Below, piece by piece: positions 52,201 to 64,000 of a stretch of DNA of 64,000 bases. Position 1 is the stretch's first letter. Each line of letters starts with the position of its first letter. Source of the DNA: Chara braunii (lineage: Eukaryota > Plantae > Charophyceae); assembly GCA_003427395.1 (NCBI GenBank), contig BFEA01000046.1:2685644-2749643 (forward strand), read 5' to 3'. Below the pieces are notes generated by a model that had not been told where the DNA came from, searched no databases, and worked only from the letters and a program-made list of their open reading frames with translations. Position numbers and translations under genes: made by a program.

Positions 52201-55200
52201 ATGCCACTCAGTCACATGCAGGTCAAACAACAAAGGTAAGTACTCTCACCATCCCAGGTTGGTTCAACAGTCATTAGTTCATAGTCTTTCAATTATTTAA
52301 CACTTTACACCCTGCTTACATAGGGCATTGGGATTGGCTATTCGTCTCAGAAACAATGTCAGCCTTCTGTCTTAATTATACACGAATAGGTTGCACAACT
52401 ACTTTTCTCTTCATTGGGCATATGACTAAGCCATTCATCTTAGAAACCATGCTTAGTCGCTCTGAACTGTTTAAATAGCCAAGTTATATATACCTTTCTG
52501 CACCTTAGTCTTCAAAAAGAGGGCGTAGGGTTGAGTCATTCATCTTAGAAACAATGCCCAGCTTGCCTAGGTTACCTTCAGTTATAACTCTTGATTATGC
52601 TCTCTTTGTTTGTGATAAGGCTATAGTCAGGCCATTCATCTTAGAAACAATGCCTGACTAGCCTTGTTTCTATATAAGTACATATATATACCACATTATA
52701 GAGAATCCTATTCCTTCATCCTCATTATGGTCGTGAGGCCTCAGACTCAGACCATTCATCTTAAAAACAATGTCTAGTCCTCTGGCCCTGAATCCTCCCT
52801 CAGCACAAAAAAACTATCAAGGAGAGATGAGTTATTCATCTTAGAAATAATGCTCAGCTCTCCCCTTTTCAACACACAAAAAAAACAGAGTACCCTAGGT
52901 CTGACCCAGAGACTGTTCAGAAACCACCCAAGTAAAACAGCGGCCAGATCATTCATCTTAGAAACAATGTCTGGCCCTCAAAAGTCAAGCAAGTAATACC
53001 CCTCAGAAATAAGTAGCCAGACCATTCATCTTAGAAACAATGCCTGGCACAATAAAAAAAAAAACACAGCAACCAAGTCATTCATCTTAGAAACAATGCT
53101 TGGTTCTTCAGAAAACAGAACAAAACACAGTGGTCAGGTCATTCATCTTAGAAACAATACCTGACCCTATAAGACCCGTTCAATTGCAAGCAAAACCGCC
53201 TTCCTCCCAACCTTCCCCATGATGCATCCCTTTGTGACAATCTGCTTTCCGACAAACAAGAAACTGAAACTACCATTATACAAGCATTCCTTTAGGTAGT
53301 CTGATTTGTGTCCTGAAAGTCAATCCCAAAAAGTCAAAGTAGAGGTTGCACTCAGCATAGTCAATCAATACATGGGGAGGAATGTAGATAGGGGTTATAC
53401 TGGTTTTACAGGGACAAGCAAAGGTTACCTCTGAGTTCTCTGCCTCCCGAACTCCTCTTGAGTTCCGGCAGGGCTCCCGCAATCGGTGGGGCAACCTCCC
53501 ACAGAGGCCTTGGCGCGGATTACGGGTTGCAATCCCGCCTGCCGCCTTCCTCTCCAAACTAATGGACTAGACTAAGAGTGAGAAGGGCAGAAGAAGAAAC
53601 ATTAAGTCTCTCAGATACAAGGGGGGTGCACCTCAGACTCGCATGAGAGGGCCTTGATGTCTTCTGCGCCTGAGGGCCCCGCAATAATGGCCAAATACAA
53701 CAGCTTGGTCAGCTCCCAAAGTCAAACAACAGACTCCGACTCTTCTGACAGACTCCCCTACCACAGTGGTAGCCCCCCCCTCTTGCGCTACCCCACTCTC
53801 CAACCAGCCTTCCGTTCAGCCCAACCTCAGTCATCCAACACTAAACAACCATATCCAAGTGTTGCAGCAATTTGAAGTGGGCTCAACAGCCACTACTGTG
53901 CAACAAGCCACAACGACCCTTTGTGCGCAGTCAACAAGGACAACAACCGTGCACAGTTGACACGGCTACTCCAGCAACGGCACCGCGGTCGGCAATAAGT
54001 GCGGCAGCTACGGTATCAGAAACCCAAACGCTGTAGGTAGCGGAGCAATCTGCAGATAGTAGTTCACAGCGCAGTTTTGACGGTCACAGGCCAACGCAGC
54101 AGAGGGCGCCTATCCTCCGCCTACTGTAACAACTCACCTTCCGGTGCCAACTCGCCGCCTCCAGCCCTCAGTAACGCAGTCCGCGGGACACAAATGTTGT
54201 CTGTAGCCAATGGTACCGCCGGTAGAAGCGTTTTGCCATAACCAAGGGCAGTTGGCAGTATCCCCTCCCTGCACGGTCTGGCTTCTTCCTTAAGTCTGGG
54301 CACCTCTCCTTAGACTGGTTGCTGCCGTACAGCAATCTGAACCGCAGGTAGCTTCGCGGAGCCTTGACATGACACTGTACCCATAGCACTTTGCACGCAG
54401 TCACAAGGTGTCGTGGCAGCCTATAGTAGCATCCCTCACCCGCCACCCATACCTTGTTTGTACAACAACTCAAAACCCCGTAGAACACCCAAGAAAACTC
54501 GGTTGCACAGAGGGCTGGTACAACCAGACCGTGCACACCGCAACCACTTCCGCAGCAAGGCACAACACAACCAACAGCACAATGCGGCTTCAGCGACCCC
54601 GGTAGTCAGTAACAAGCACAACAGCCATTGCAAGTAGAACTACCGCTGGCTCGCCAGTAACAGAACAACACCAGGTATCGTAGCCAGGATGCGCAGTGCG
54701 GAGCGACTTCTCAAACACACGGTGTTGGTAGTAGCCTCTCTCGCAACTCTACCACCGTTCAACTCTTGCAGTACCTCTTCCCGCAGCCCAAACACCTCCC
54801 TCACACTACACCATTTGCTACTCGACACAAAGCAACAATCCTCCCTTTTCAGGTGGCTTTCACTCTTTGACAACACAGTAACCCGCAATAGTGCTATAGC
54901 AGATTCCACAGTTAGAGACCAGCCGCAAGACACGCAGTCACAGAGCAATGATATGTTATATCACGATAGCATGCGGGAGCCACAGCTTGTAACAGTCTAA
55001 AGCACAGCCATCGAGACGGGCCCAGCCGCAGCCAGCGTGTCAATCACGATACTCAGGTGGCATAGCAACGTTGTTGCCTATACAGCGGTCGGTCAACAAC
55101 TGTAACAGCAAAGCACCGCTGCACTGTGCTTCAAAACCAACATCCCACGGATAGACTATTGCCACTACAATAACGGAGATCCAAACTACAATGCACCAGT

Positions 55201-56435
55201 TCGAGATCAGTCAGTAGGACTGACTCGAGGCTTAGTCGCAGGCAGCTCAGAGACCGAGCAACAGGGGTTCGGTCATCACACTTGCCATCAGCTATGGACA
55301 CGGCAACTTTGCGTAATAACGGAGCGCAACAGCGCCCTGTAACAGTGAGTGACGAATCGGTCAACCCGAAACCGTCGACTACAACCTCTTATTTTCCTTA
55401 CCCCCCTCTCTTTTTTCTGTATAGTAGTCACGCACTACTTCTTCTACTTACTCCTATGATAACTCCCGCATCTATCTCACAGTAGATTTGTATTCGGCCT
55501 GGCCTAAAACCCTCAAACCGCCTGTTCCCCCTCACCACCCTATCAAGGAACGAGTCGGGTTCACGTCCTCTGCCCCGCCACCTCCATTCTCTTCGACGTC
55601 TCTGCGCGCAGCCCCTCTGACTGCTAACTCACGTTCCGCCAATTCTCCAGCCGTTCAGAGTTCACTAACTGACTCGCCTAGACCAACACCCCCGGATCCA
55701 TCGCTTCACCTGCCCAACTTGACCAAGGGGCGGGCAAGTTATCTACCCACAACCACGCTCGACACATTCCCCGCCATCTCCATCCTCAGTTCTGCCTGCA
55801 TCAGCACCGCCTCGCGTCCGACTTCATCCCTCGCCCTGTCCCCTTACCTTTCCTTTGCCGCTCTCCTGCTGCGCCCCGCCCGCTGCCTCTCTTCGCCCGT
55901 CTCAGCGCCCGTCTCCATCGGGCTTGGCACTGCAATCAGCCCAGCCACGGCTCTCCTTCAACCTCGAAGGCACCTGGCGCGGTGTCGGAGGGCACGACTT
56001 CCCGGCCCTCGTCTGTGTACCAAGCCCTGCTTGGTACCAGTTCTTGTACCAGCTCCCCGTTTTGATGTTCCAGCCTGTAGATATATAATGGACCCCTGTT
56101 GTCCCTAGCACCCAAGCTGTGCCTTGGCATGGACCAGTCCCAGTGGCAGTACCCCCGACAAAAAGGGGTGCGCCACAGGACTTCCGTTGGTCCACGCAGG
56201 CTCGGCGCCCTGCTGTACAGCAGAGCACGATCGGCCTGTGGCCGTGGTGGCCGCCGGGCTCGCCCTGGGACGCGGAAGTGAAAGGACTGGCGCGGTCTTT
56301 TCTGTCGTATGCCGAAATCCCCTGTACAGGGTTATGGGTTAGGTGCACGAAATAAAGGTCGCTAAAAAGAGAGGAAGCAAAGCGCCGAATTTGAACTCAC
56401 TTTAGTTCTGGGAAAATCCAGCGGCTTCGGGCCAC
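49288..56435 (-). mobile_element. LTR-retroelement-derived segment B, related to segment A, no gag/pol visible
   Basis: TGTCA start interrupting the transposon; homology to 110-355; internal hairpin array. Confidence 0.5.
52334..53166 (-). repeat. Array of 10 bulged stem-loops with constant core CATTCATCTTAGAAACAATG
   Basis: Cores start at 52339, 52432, 52537, 52633, 52753, 52833, 52950, 53023, 53079, 53140; each has its own self-complementary flanks. Confidence 0.95.
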
Positions 56436-57447
56436 TGTGATGTTACGATCCCCTTTCCATTTTTGCTTACTGATTGTTATTATTATTATTATTATTAATG
56501 TTATTACTTAATTTCCCAAATTTTCAGTTTCCCACTTGTCGGTCTGTCACTTCGCAGGGGAGGCCATCGATTCGGGTTTTCGAACTGCAACTGCAGCCTT
56601 ATGGCCTGGGGCTCTACTTACCCTTGTATATCGCCTGTACTAGACTCGTTCGTCCAAACCCTGTAGCGGGACCCCGATGGCCAGGTAAAGAGGCAGATAC
56701 AGTAAGGACTAAAAGGAAAAAGAAAAAAAAAAAAAAAAAAAAAAATGGTAAAAAGAAAGAAAAGGAACGAGAAAAATTGAAAGTCGGGTGCAAGATTTGT
56801 GCGTGAACGTGGATCGCTGTTCAGGCAAGGGTGCTGCGCGGAGAAATTTTGGGACGCCACCCTTTCCTTTTCAGCGATTAATATTATTATTATTATTATT
56901 GGTATTATTATTATTACTTTATTACTATTTAGTTTTCTAAATTTGGTTTTCAACCTGTTGGCTTATCCTTTCGCGGGAAGCCAACGGTTCGAATTTCGAA
57001 GCCAACAGTTCGTAGCCTAAGTAGGCCGACCTTGCATATACTATCCGCGGGTGAGCCCTGATCTGGCTCTGTGCGATGAGACCCCAAAAGAAGGGTGACC
57101 CGCGGCCACATTCGTATGAGGCCTATCACCCCCCTGTGCAGGGTCATAAGCCACCTCCTTGCCATCGAACATGGGTACCCGATGAAGATGGGCATGCGCT
57201 GCTATTTAAGAACGGAGAAGTGACTTCTAGTACTCCGTTATGGGACCACGGCGCAAAACCTGCAGTGATATTGCTGGGGTCTGGGACTGACAAGTGAGAA
57301 TTTAATACGTGATCGACCGTTGGGTTCTGGGTTGAGTATTAGTTTTTGAAAGTTAATTATTTATCCATTGTTATAAAATTCTTGAGAAGCGGTGGAGTCT
57401 GAAAAGGACTAATGAAAGTTCCTCATTCAGAATGCAGAGGAAAGCCC

Positions 57448-57454
57448 TATAAAA
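57448..57454 (+). promoter_or_regulatory. Candidate LTR TATA box
   Basis: ccc-TATAAAA-gggagagggag context typical of LTR U3 promoters. Confidence 0.45.
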
Positions 57455-59564
57455 GGGAGAGGGAGTTGAGATATCGTCCGCGACCAGTCGCCTGGTGGTG
57501 TAGTCTGTACTGCGAGTTCTTGTGGGGAGTGGTCTACTATAGGAAGTCGACGATCTAGTGTTGTGTTGTCTATCAAACGGGGCAGGCTATTCTGAGTGGC
57601 AATGGCACTACACGACGATAGGCCTGGCTGCAGGCGGCACACGGTGCGCTGGGTTCCAATGTCGGGTGAAGGCCCTCTGATTACGACGGCCCTGAACTAT
57701 GATGGGGGAGAAAGAGTCCGACTGAAGGTCTGCATAGAAGGGGGGAGAGAGGAGGAGATGCGAGGTGATTAGAGGCTGCAGGCTGCCATTTCCGAAGCGC
57801 GCAACAGGGCGGAACGGAGGTGCAGACGAGATGGGGTGACCCTGGGCTTGAGAGTGACTGTCATCTATCATGAGACCGAGTCATCAACTGGGACCGAGAC
57901 AAGAGAGGAACAACATAATGAGAGAGACTCATTTGGAGAAAGCAAAATGAGTGAGGCGGACCGAGAAACGGATCTCTGGTCCTAGAACAGACCCGAGGAG
58001 ATCCAGAAACACCACCGAGCCGCGAAGCTGGTGGAGAAGGGACCCGAGGCCAGCTCACGACAGTTGACTCTCAGGGGCCGCGGGACTAGAGGCCGCGAGA
58101 CCGGAGGAAAACAGAGTAAAGGTAAGAGACGGGTGTGAGGTAAAGGGAGAAGGGGGATCGACACGCGTGGAGAGAGGGCGCGCAACAGGTCAACAAGAAG
58201 GGACGAGAGCTAAAAGTACGGGTGCGAGATGTTGACGTCAACTGGACAGCAGTGTGTGAAGTGAAGTAGGACATGAGCTTGCAGAGTGCGGGAATGTCAA
58301 CTGCTTCTTGCATGCTCGCGTAAAGTATCGACACTTGTGTGTCAGTTGTTGTCTGCACACTCAAGTGACATGGCTACAGCTGCCGCGAGGACGACAACAT
58401 AAGACTGAAGGGGGAGCCTGTCGGAACCACGTGAGAAGAGTCCATTAAGGGAAGTTGGTTTGCAGGGTGTGGAGTAGGCTGCAACTCGATCCGTTTGCCG
58501 CGTGCTGAGCGAGGTTACTCCCTGTCACGGATGCGGGTAAACAACTTTTCAGTAAGGCATGGGCTATAATCACCTGGTAATTAGTGCGTGACCAGTGAGA
58601 AGCCGAGTTGGTTCTTGCGTGAGCAGGGGGAGACTCGACTCATCTACTATGATTGGCGTATATGTGATATGTATGGTCGTGAGGAGGGAGTCGTGTGCGG
58701 ATTAACAAGAAAGAGGCTTGAGCGAGGGCTCGAGAGTACAGGTGACAAAACGAGTGGGATAAGTCAAGGAGGTCTACGCGTGTAAGCTCATCTTCACGCC
58801 AAAGGGTCCGAGCAAATGGCAGCCCATGACCGAGTCAAACGCTCAGTGAGATGAACATTGGGGTTCTTCACTAGAAAGGATGTCTGAGTTATAAAGACGT
58901 GTGAGAGAGGTTCTGCTTACCGGGCGTATTCGCGCTGATGATCATCTGCTTTCCATCACCCTCAAGTGGTTTCCAGGAGGCAACGGAGAAAGCAATCAAG
59001 GGTCGTTGACACGTCTTCTGATATGACTGTCATGGTCGAGCCTTCAGATAAGATGCAGCCTTTTACGAAAAATGATCCCTTTTGTTCTCACTAGTTTTTG
59101 TCCCCCTCTTAGTTCGAGTAAACGGTGCGATTGATTGTCATTGACAGATCATGTCGCATAGTGACAAAAGAAAATTGAGTTCCTCAGTAGACTGTATAAA
59201 TAAGCGATTAAGGGAGTAGCCTCGGTTTGTAACAACGTTTGAAATGAACTAGCCTCGGTTTGTAACAATGTTTGAAATGAACTTGCCTCAGAAGGAATTT
59301 AACGTATGGGAGGATGGTTTGAGATGTTAGTGACGCTGAAGTTGGATATTCACGGAGTTTAACACGTCCAAGCGCAGTTTATTTGGGAGCGTTATTCGTA
59401 CTGTATGATTTAATTGATATCATGGCAAGGTCAAAGAGATGTGCTGCCATTGCGATCGTGTGCTTAAATTCCACGAGAATGGAGATTACAAATGCAATAA
59501 GGAATTGAACTTCTTTTTCTTTTCCTCTCATTTGTGTGTGATTGCACAGTGTTGATTACTTCGT

Positions 59565-59765
59565 GTAACGACTTCGTGTGACCTCACTGTGTGACTACAC
59601 CTCGTGATTACGCTATATGACTACGCTATATGACTACGCTATATGACTACGCTATATGACTATGCGGCGTGTTTACATAGGGTGACTACGAGGCGTGATT
59701 ACATTGTGTGACGGTGCTGCGTGATCATAGTGTGACCGCTTTGTGTGGCTACTTCGTGTGACTGC
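59565..59765. repeat. 12-bp minisatellite (TGACTACGCTATA-like)
   Basis: Several near-perfect units at 59605-59665 with degenerate flanking units. Confidence 0.85.
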
Positions 59766-60200
59766 GTGAGCACATGACCGTCTGGGACTACATGTGCTCA
59801 TATGGTCAAAAGCTTGCCAATAATTGTAAGAGTTCACATGTGGCATGAAAAGGATCGAGTGCATGAAAACGCGATCATACACGTTCCCGTGTGAATACGA
59901 AAAGGCATGATTGAAGGTGTCGCAAGCCTGGTGAGCGCAGGTGGGTACGCGGGTCCATTTGGCTCGCTGGGCATGTTTTATATTTTCTTATCTCATCCCT
60001 GCCTCTTCTAAACGAGCCTAGATGAGCTTTGGAGGAATGTTCTGACCATCGATGCTGCTCGGCCTACCAAGAGAACTGAAAATAATGAGAACGACGGAGA
60101 GATCAGTAGCTTGGAGATTGGTCCCTTTTAGCCCTGTGATAACTTCTTGAAATAGGTCAGATTGAGCAAACATTGGTACATTGCCAATCCCGTCTTTCTC

Positions 60201-60218
60201 CTGTCTCTTATACACATC
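60201..60218. other. Nextera adapter remnant with 55-bp flanking duplication (artefact)
   Basis: CTGTCTCTTATACACATC between copies 60146-60200 and 60219-60273. Confidence 0.95.
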
Positions 60219-61214
60219 CTTGAAATAGGTCAGATTGAGCAAACATTGGTACATTGCCAATCCCGTCTTTCTCACTGATTTTGATTCTTCAGTTGTTCCA
60301 ATGGTCAACTGAAAANCGCTTTGGAGTAGAGCAGAGGATGGNAATCGCTGTCACTATNAGCGNGTGAGCAAGNNTGTTGAATCTGACCCNATAAGCAAGC
60401 TTGGTAATTTTGTGAGTGCAAATCATTGACTGAGGATAGGTGGTCAGCTGGTAGCGATATGATCAATCTAATCAGTTAAAAGAGAACTTACTCTCATTCA
60501 TTTAATTATTTATTTATTTAATTCCTTACTGTTATTGGATTTACAATTTCGTCCGAGCGAAAACCCGAAGCAGTGATTTCGATCATCTAGGGAATTAAAA
60601 TGTGGATTAAGTAAACGAGCTCAGAAAAGTAGCTTGCCTGTTCATATTCAGCCGCGCCTTAAGTGAACCTTTGGTGAGTAGTAGAGGTCATGATTTGAGA
60701 TTGTTCTCTGATGGGCAAAAAGCAGCGCATCTTGAGGGAAATTGTATATCTACTGGCCAAATTTTTTGTGGATGGTGACCAGTGACTACTCTTTTTGTTT
60801 TGTTTTTTTGAGTCGTTACTAATCCCGCCCTTCAGGGCCCGAATGGTGGTCTGTGACAGGCTGTCTGAGCAGACCCCCGTCATGGTGTCACGCCTATTTC
60901 GTCTGAGTCATATTTGAGACTTGGTCATAGCACTGGGGGACTGCGTGTCACCCTAGCCATGCTTACCCTTGTCTGGACCGTGGAGGTCAAGAATTGACCT
61001 TTGTGTGTTACTGTCTGTCGAAAGTTGAGTGGAGCCAGCAAAAGGGGGTAGTATCAGGCAAAGCCAGTATTAGTTGCGCTTTGATTACCGGGCAATTCAG
61101 GCTCGGATAATTAGTTTCAAACAATCTCGATTTGATTTCAGACGATCCAGACACAAACTGGACTTAAACGACCCCTTCTCAGACTCAAATGGGAGTCTGA
61201 AGGACTGACCAAAC

Positions 61215-61350
61215 AAACTCAGTAAACTTAAGCAAATACTTACTCAAGTGAAACTCGGACATTACTCAAGTGAAACTCAAGCATTACTCAAGCAAAACTT
61301 AGGCTCTACTCATGCAAGACTAGAAAGTTACTTTAGCGAAACTCAGATAA
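61215..61350. repeat. ~21-bp minisatellite (TTACTCAAGTGAAACTC..)
   Basis: About six degenerate units visible. Confidence 0.8.
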
Positions 61351-62654
61351 TTTTCGGAATATGTTCAGAAAGTGCTCAACAGTAATCAGTGCTCAGAAAA
61401 GGCTTCTTGACGAGAACTCGAACTCAGATAAAGCACTTGGATGTTCTCATCTGAATGGTCTGTTGTGTAGAAGCCGAGGCTTGAAACAGTGTGCTACCCT
61501 TTCCAGGTCGCTATCTGACTACTGCTCAATTGTTACCCCATCATCAATCAGTGGGAAAAACATCTTTTGAACAAGCGCTCAGAAGACTGTCCAGAACGAC
61601 AATCAACAGGGGACAATAGCAAGCAAACTACGTCGGCCAGTACGCACCAGTTGTCACTCAAAACGTCTGTGTCTACCTATTTAACGAAAAGTTGCCCAGA
61701 ACCTGGGGCTCATCATCTTGGGATCTGAATGTAATAAAGGAGACATGAGGGACGACGAGATCCTCATAGTGAAGAGCACGTTAGTCAGAGAAAAGAAAAA
61801 GGGAAGGGAAGGGGAGGCGACTCAGGACATGAATCTGTACCAGCAAACCCAGAGGGAACACGCTGTTCAGATCGTGGGTTAGAGGAGATTCATAGAGTAC
61901 GGACTTTATTTCGTCGACTGTCAGGGTAATCTGCACAACACTGGATCCTTAGTGGAGTCAGTGGAACAGGCAAAGGAGAGGCTCAAGTGAACACTATAAG
62001 TCTTTCTTTTTTTCTGTGATTCTCTTTTGCTTCTTCTCTGTTGCCACTTCCTAGATAGGGCGATCAATGGATAGATATGCAGAAAACTCATCTGAGCAGG
62101 CCGCCACTAGCGAATCGTCCACCAGTTTGTTGTAAACCTCTTACTGAGACCCTGCTGTAGTCTTTTGCTAGGGACTCTTATCTGCGGTTGACTGCTACGA
62201 GGCACAGAGTGCAGATCTTCTCGCTCGAGATTGACGACGGAAAACCAAAAAAAAAAAAGAGGGGGGAAATGGAGGACGATGATACAGTTAGAGTGACTTG
62301 TTCGTTGCATCAGGTCATAGCAAGGGACTGGAGGGAGACTGCAACCGATGACTATAATCACCAGACTACCATCATGATGGAGCATGCGTTGACACTCGTA
62401 AGAAACCATACGAAAATTGAATATACCTACTACTTGTGTGACAGAAGCAGAAGACTGTGTGCAACCATCTCCTCTGTGGGTTCTGTTGAGGAGGCAAGGA
62501 GAACCATTTGCAGATACAAGTAAAACGAAATTGCATTGGGCAGGAAGTGAGTAGAATAAGATTGGATCAAGTTGTAAACTAGTAGTTACCTGAAGTATTG
62601 CAAACCTGCAAGACACGAGGATAAATGACAAGTTGTTCTGACATGGTAATCACC

Positions 62655-62890
62655 GACAATTCAGCAACTCATAAAATAATCAGCATTTGGCTTAGCGACC
62701 AGTAATTTCAACAGTAATCAGTTTCTTCTTCAGTTTTTCAGCAATCAATTTTTCGAGTAATCAGTTTTTCAGCAATAATTTTTCAAGTAATCAGTTTTCC
62801 AGCAATCATTTTCCAGCAATCAGTCTTCAGCATTCGTCATCAGCGTTCAGTTTTCAGCTTTCAGTTTTTAGCAGACAGTTTTCTGCAATC
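62655..62890. repeat. Degenerate CAG(C/T)AATCAGTTTT repeat tract
   Basis: Directly visible short-period repeat. Confidence 0.75.
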
Positions 62891-62910
62891 TGTTCGGTAA
62901 CCTGTTCCCA

Positions 62911-63610
62911 GGGACCATCTGATCAACTTATACTGGCAAGGGTACTCATAAGAACAGTTGAGTCTACGTCCGTTAATGAGTCAGTACTGACCAACCTCAA
63001 TCGGATCTCATGCAAAGAGGCATTTCATTATCAGTATGTTAGTGCCATTGGTTTCAGACAGAGAGATCTGTCAATCTTCGTTGTCCAGACCCGTTTTGCT
63101 GATGGCACTATCCATGATCTGAGGCCTTACCTGAAGAAGGCCAAGGATACTCATCAGCTTTTCGATCCGGTCTGGATCTCAGCCACCGAATACCTTGAGT
63201 AGAGAGAGAGGGAGCTCGATGAGAGTGGCACTACATCGATTCGTAGCTTCGGGCCGATGCTTTATGTTGACTATCCTAGGCCTCCAGTTCCTTCTCTTCT
63301 CACAGATGGCACAAGTTGGCTGGATGTGATCGATTTGGCAAAAAGGTACATCTCCCCAGCGATTATCGACATTGAGGTGTTGAGTGAGCCCACTGAGTAT
63401 CCCTACCTCAGACGAGGAGTCTTTTCAGTGGACGGGCTGCCTACATTGTGGGAGGAGTTTTGCTCCATGGTTAACTACCGTGTGATGTGCCTCAGGTAGT
63501 CATGCTCAGAGCTTGCTGGCTACAAGTGGCATTTTGTCACGAAGCCTCAGTCTCAGATTGTACGTAGGCGTGGGTCTCGACACCAGAGAAGATCAGTAAA
63601 AAGAGATTGA
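62911..63610 (+). pseudogene. Decayed ~230-codon accessory ORF
   Basis: One frame reads VLTNLNRISCKEAFHYQY..ATEYLE*RERELDE..MLYVDYPRPP..MCLR*SCSELAGYKWHF..; single stops at ~63199 and 63497. Confidence 0.45.
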
Positions 63611-64000
63611 GAGAGACTGACCAGAGGGATGAGTGAGGACTCTTGAGAGGTGCTGACCATGCTCGTTTACATCTACTTTCTGAGATTATTATGAGTTCTC
63701 ATTTTTCCCTCATTCAATTGCCCTTGTCTTTGCTCGAGTCAGTCAGTCTTATTTTCTGCATTATTCTTGTCTGATGATTGCCTCTCTGGATGATTCTGTC
63801 TCAGTTCTCAAAATCAGGTTGATATAATTGATGCATGCAAAACATCCCATAATTTCTATGATTATTTATTTGCATGATGTTCAACTGTTCTGAATCAAAA
63901 TAAAAGATTCCTAAGACCGGGGACCGGCGAAGACCGCAATTGAAGGGTCTCGCTCGAAGCCGGACGCACACAACAGGAAGGGATTTGCATTATTTAATTT

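Larger units (their letters stand above)
56441..64000 (+). mobile_element. 5' portion of a probable LTR retroelement (LTR/leader with accessory ORFs)
   Basis: TGTTACG start, TATA box, long purine-rich leader, minisatellites and decayed ORFs; no gag/pol inside the window. Confidence 0.4.

Noticed and set aside
52334-53166. CRISPR array
   Set aside because: The constant core is only 20 nt, spacing is irregular (56-120 bp), the variable flanks are self-complementary, there are no cas genes and the context is eukaryotic retroelement DNA.
53276-56355. Coding genes within segment B
   Set aside because: Compositionally skewed short ORFs on both strands with no recognisable domain; a decayed accessory ORF cannot be excluded.

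Overview
Repeat-dense eukaryotic genomic DNA with several N gaps. I found no recognisable host gene, rRNA, tRNA or CRISPR array. The style (Ty3/gypsy elements, AAT/GA/CAAT microsatellites, Nextera mate-pair adapter scars) suggests a charophyte or other algal/plant draft assembly such as Chara; that is inference. Contents in order: (1) ~78-10269, a non-coding LTR-retroelement-like segment carrying ~30 C(ACG)G hairpins with variable stems. (2) ~12900-23240 (-), a decayed Ty3/gypsy element ordered ORF0-gag-PR-RT-RH-IN, with a candidate -1 slippery site between PR and RT. After IN, in the env position and behind a splice acceptor, lies a second Gag-like ORF (two capsid-like repeats, coiled coil, CCHC knuckle paralogous to its own gag). 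(3) 24.5-29.1 kb, co-oriented intronless orphan ORFs. (4) 30.4-34.2 kb, microsatellite-embedded ~135-bp repeats. (5) A TA-flanked MITE and a Penelope-like fragment. (6) A spliced Sola/DUF7869-like DDE transposase with palindromic internal repeats, interrupted at 49288. (7) A second element related to (1), carrying ten bulged stem-loops with a constant 20-nt core and co-varying stems. (8) 56441-end, the 5' part of another probable LTR element with decayed accessory ORFs. The most notable signals are the two covarying hairpin arrays and the duplicated Gag in the env slot. Element boundaries are approximate and all family calls come from motif recognition by eye.
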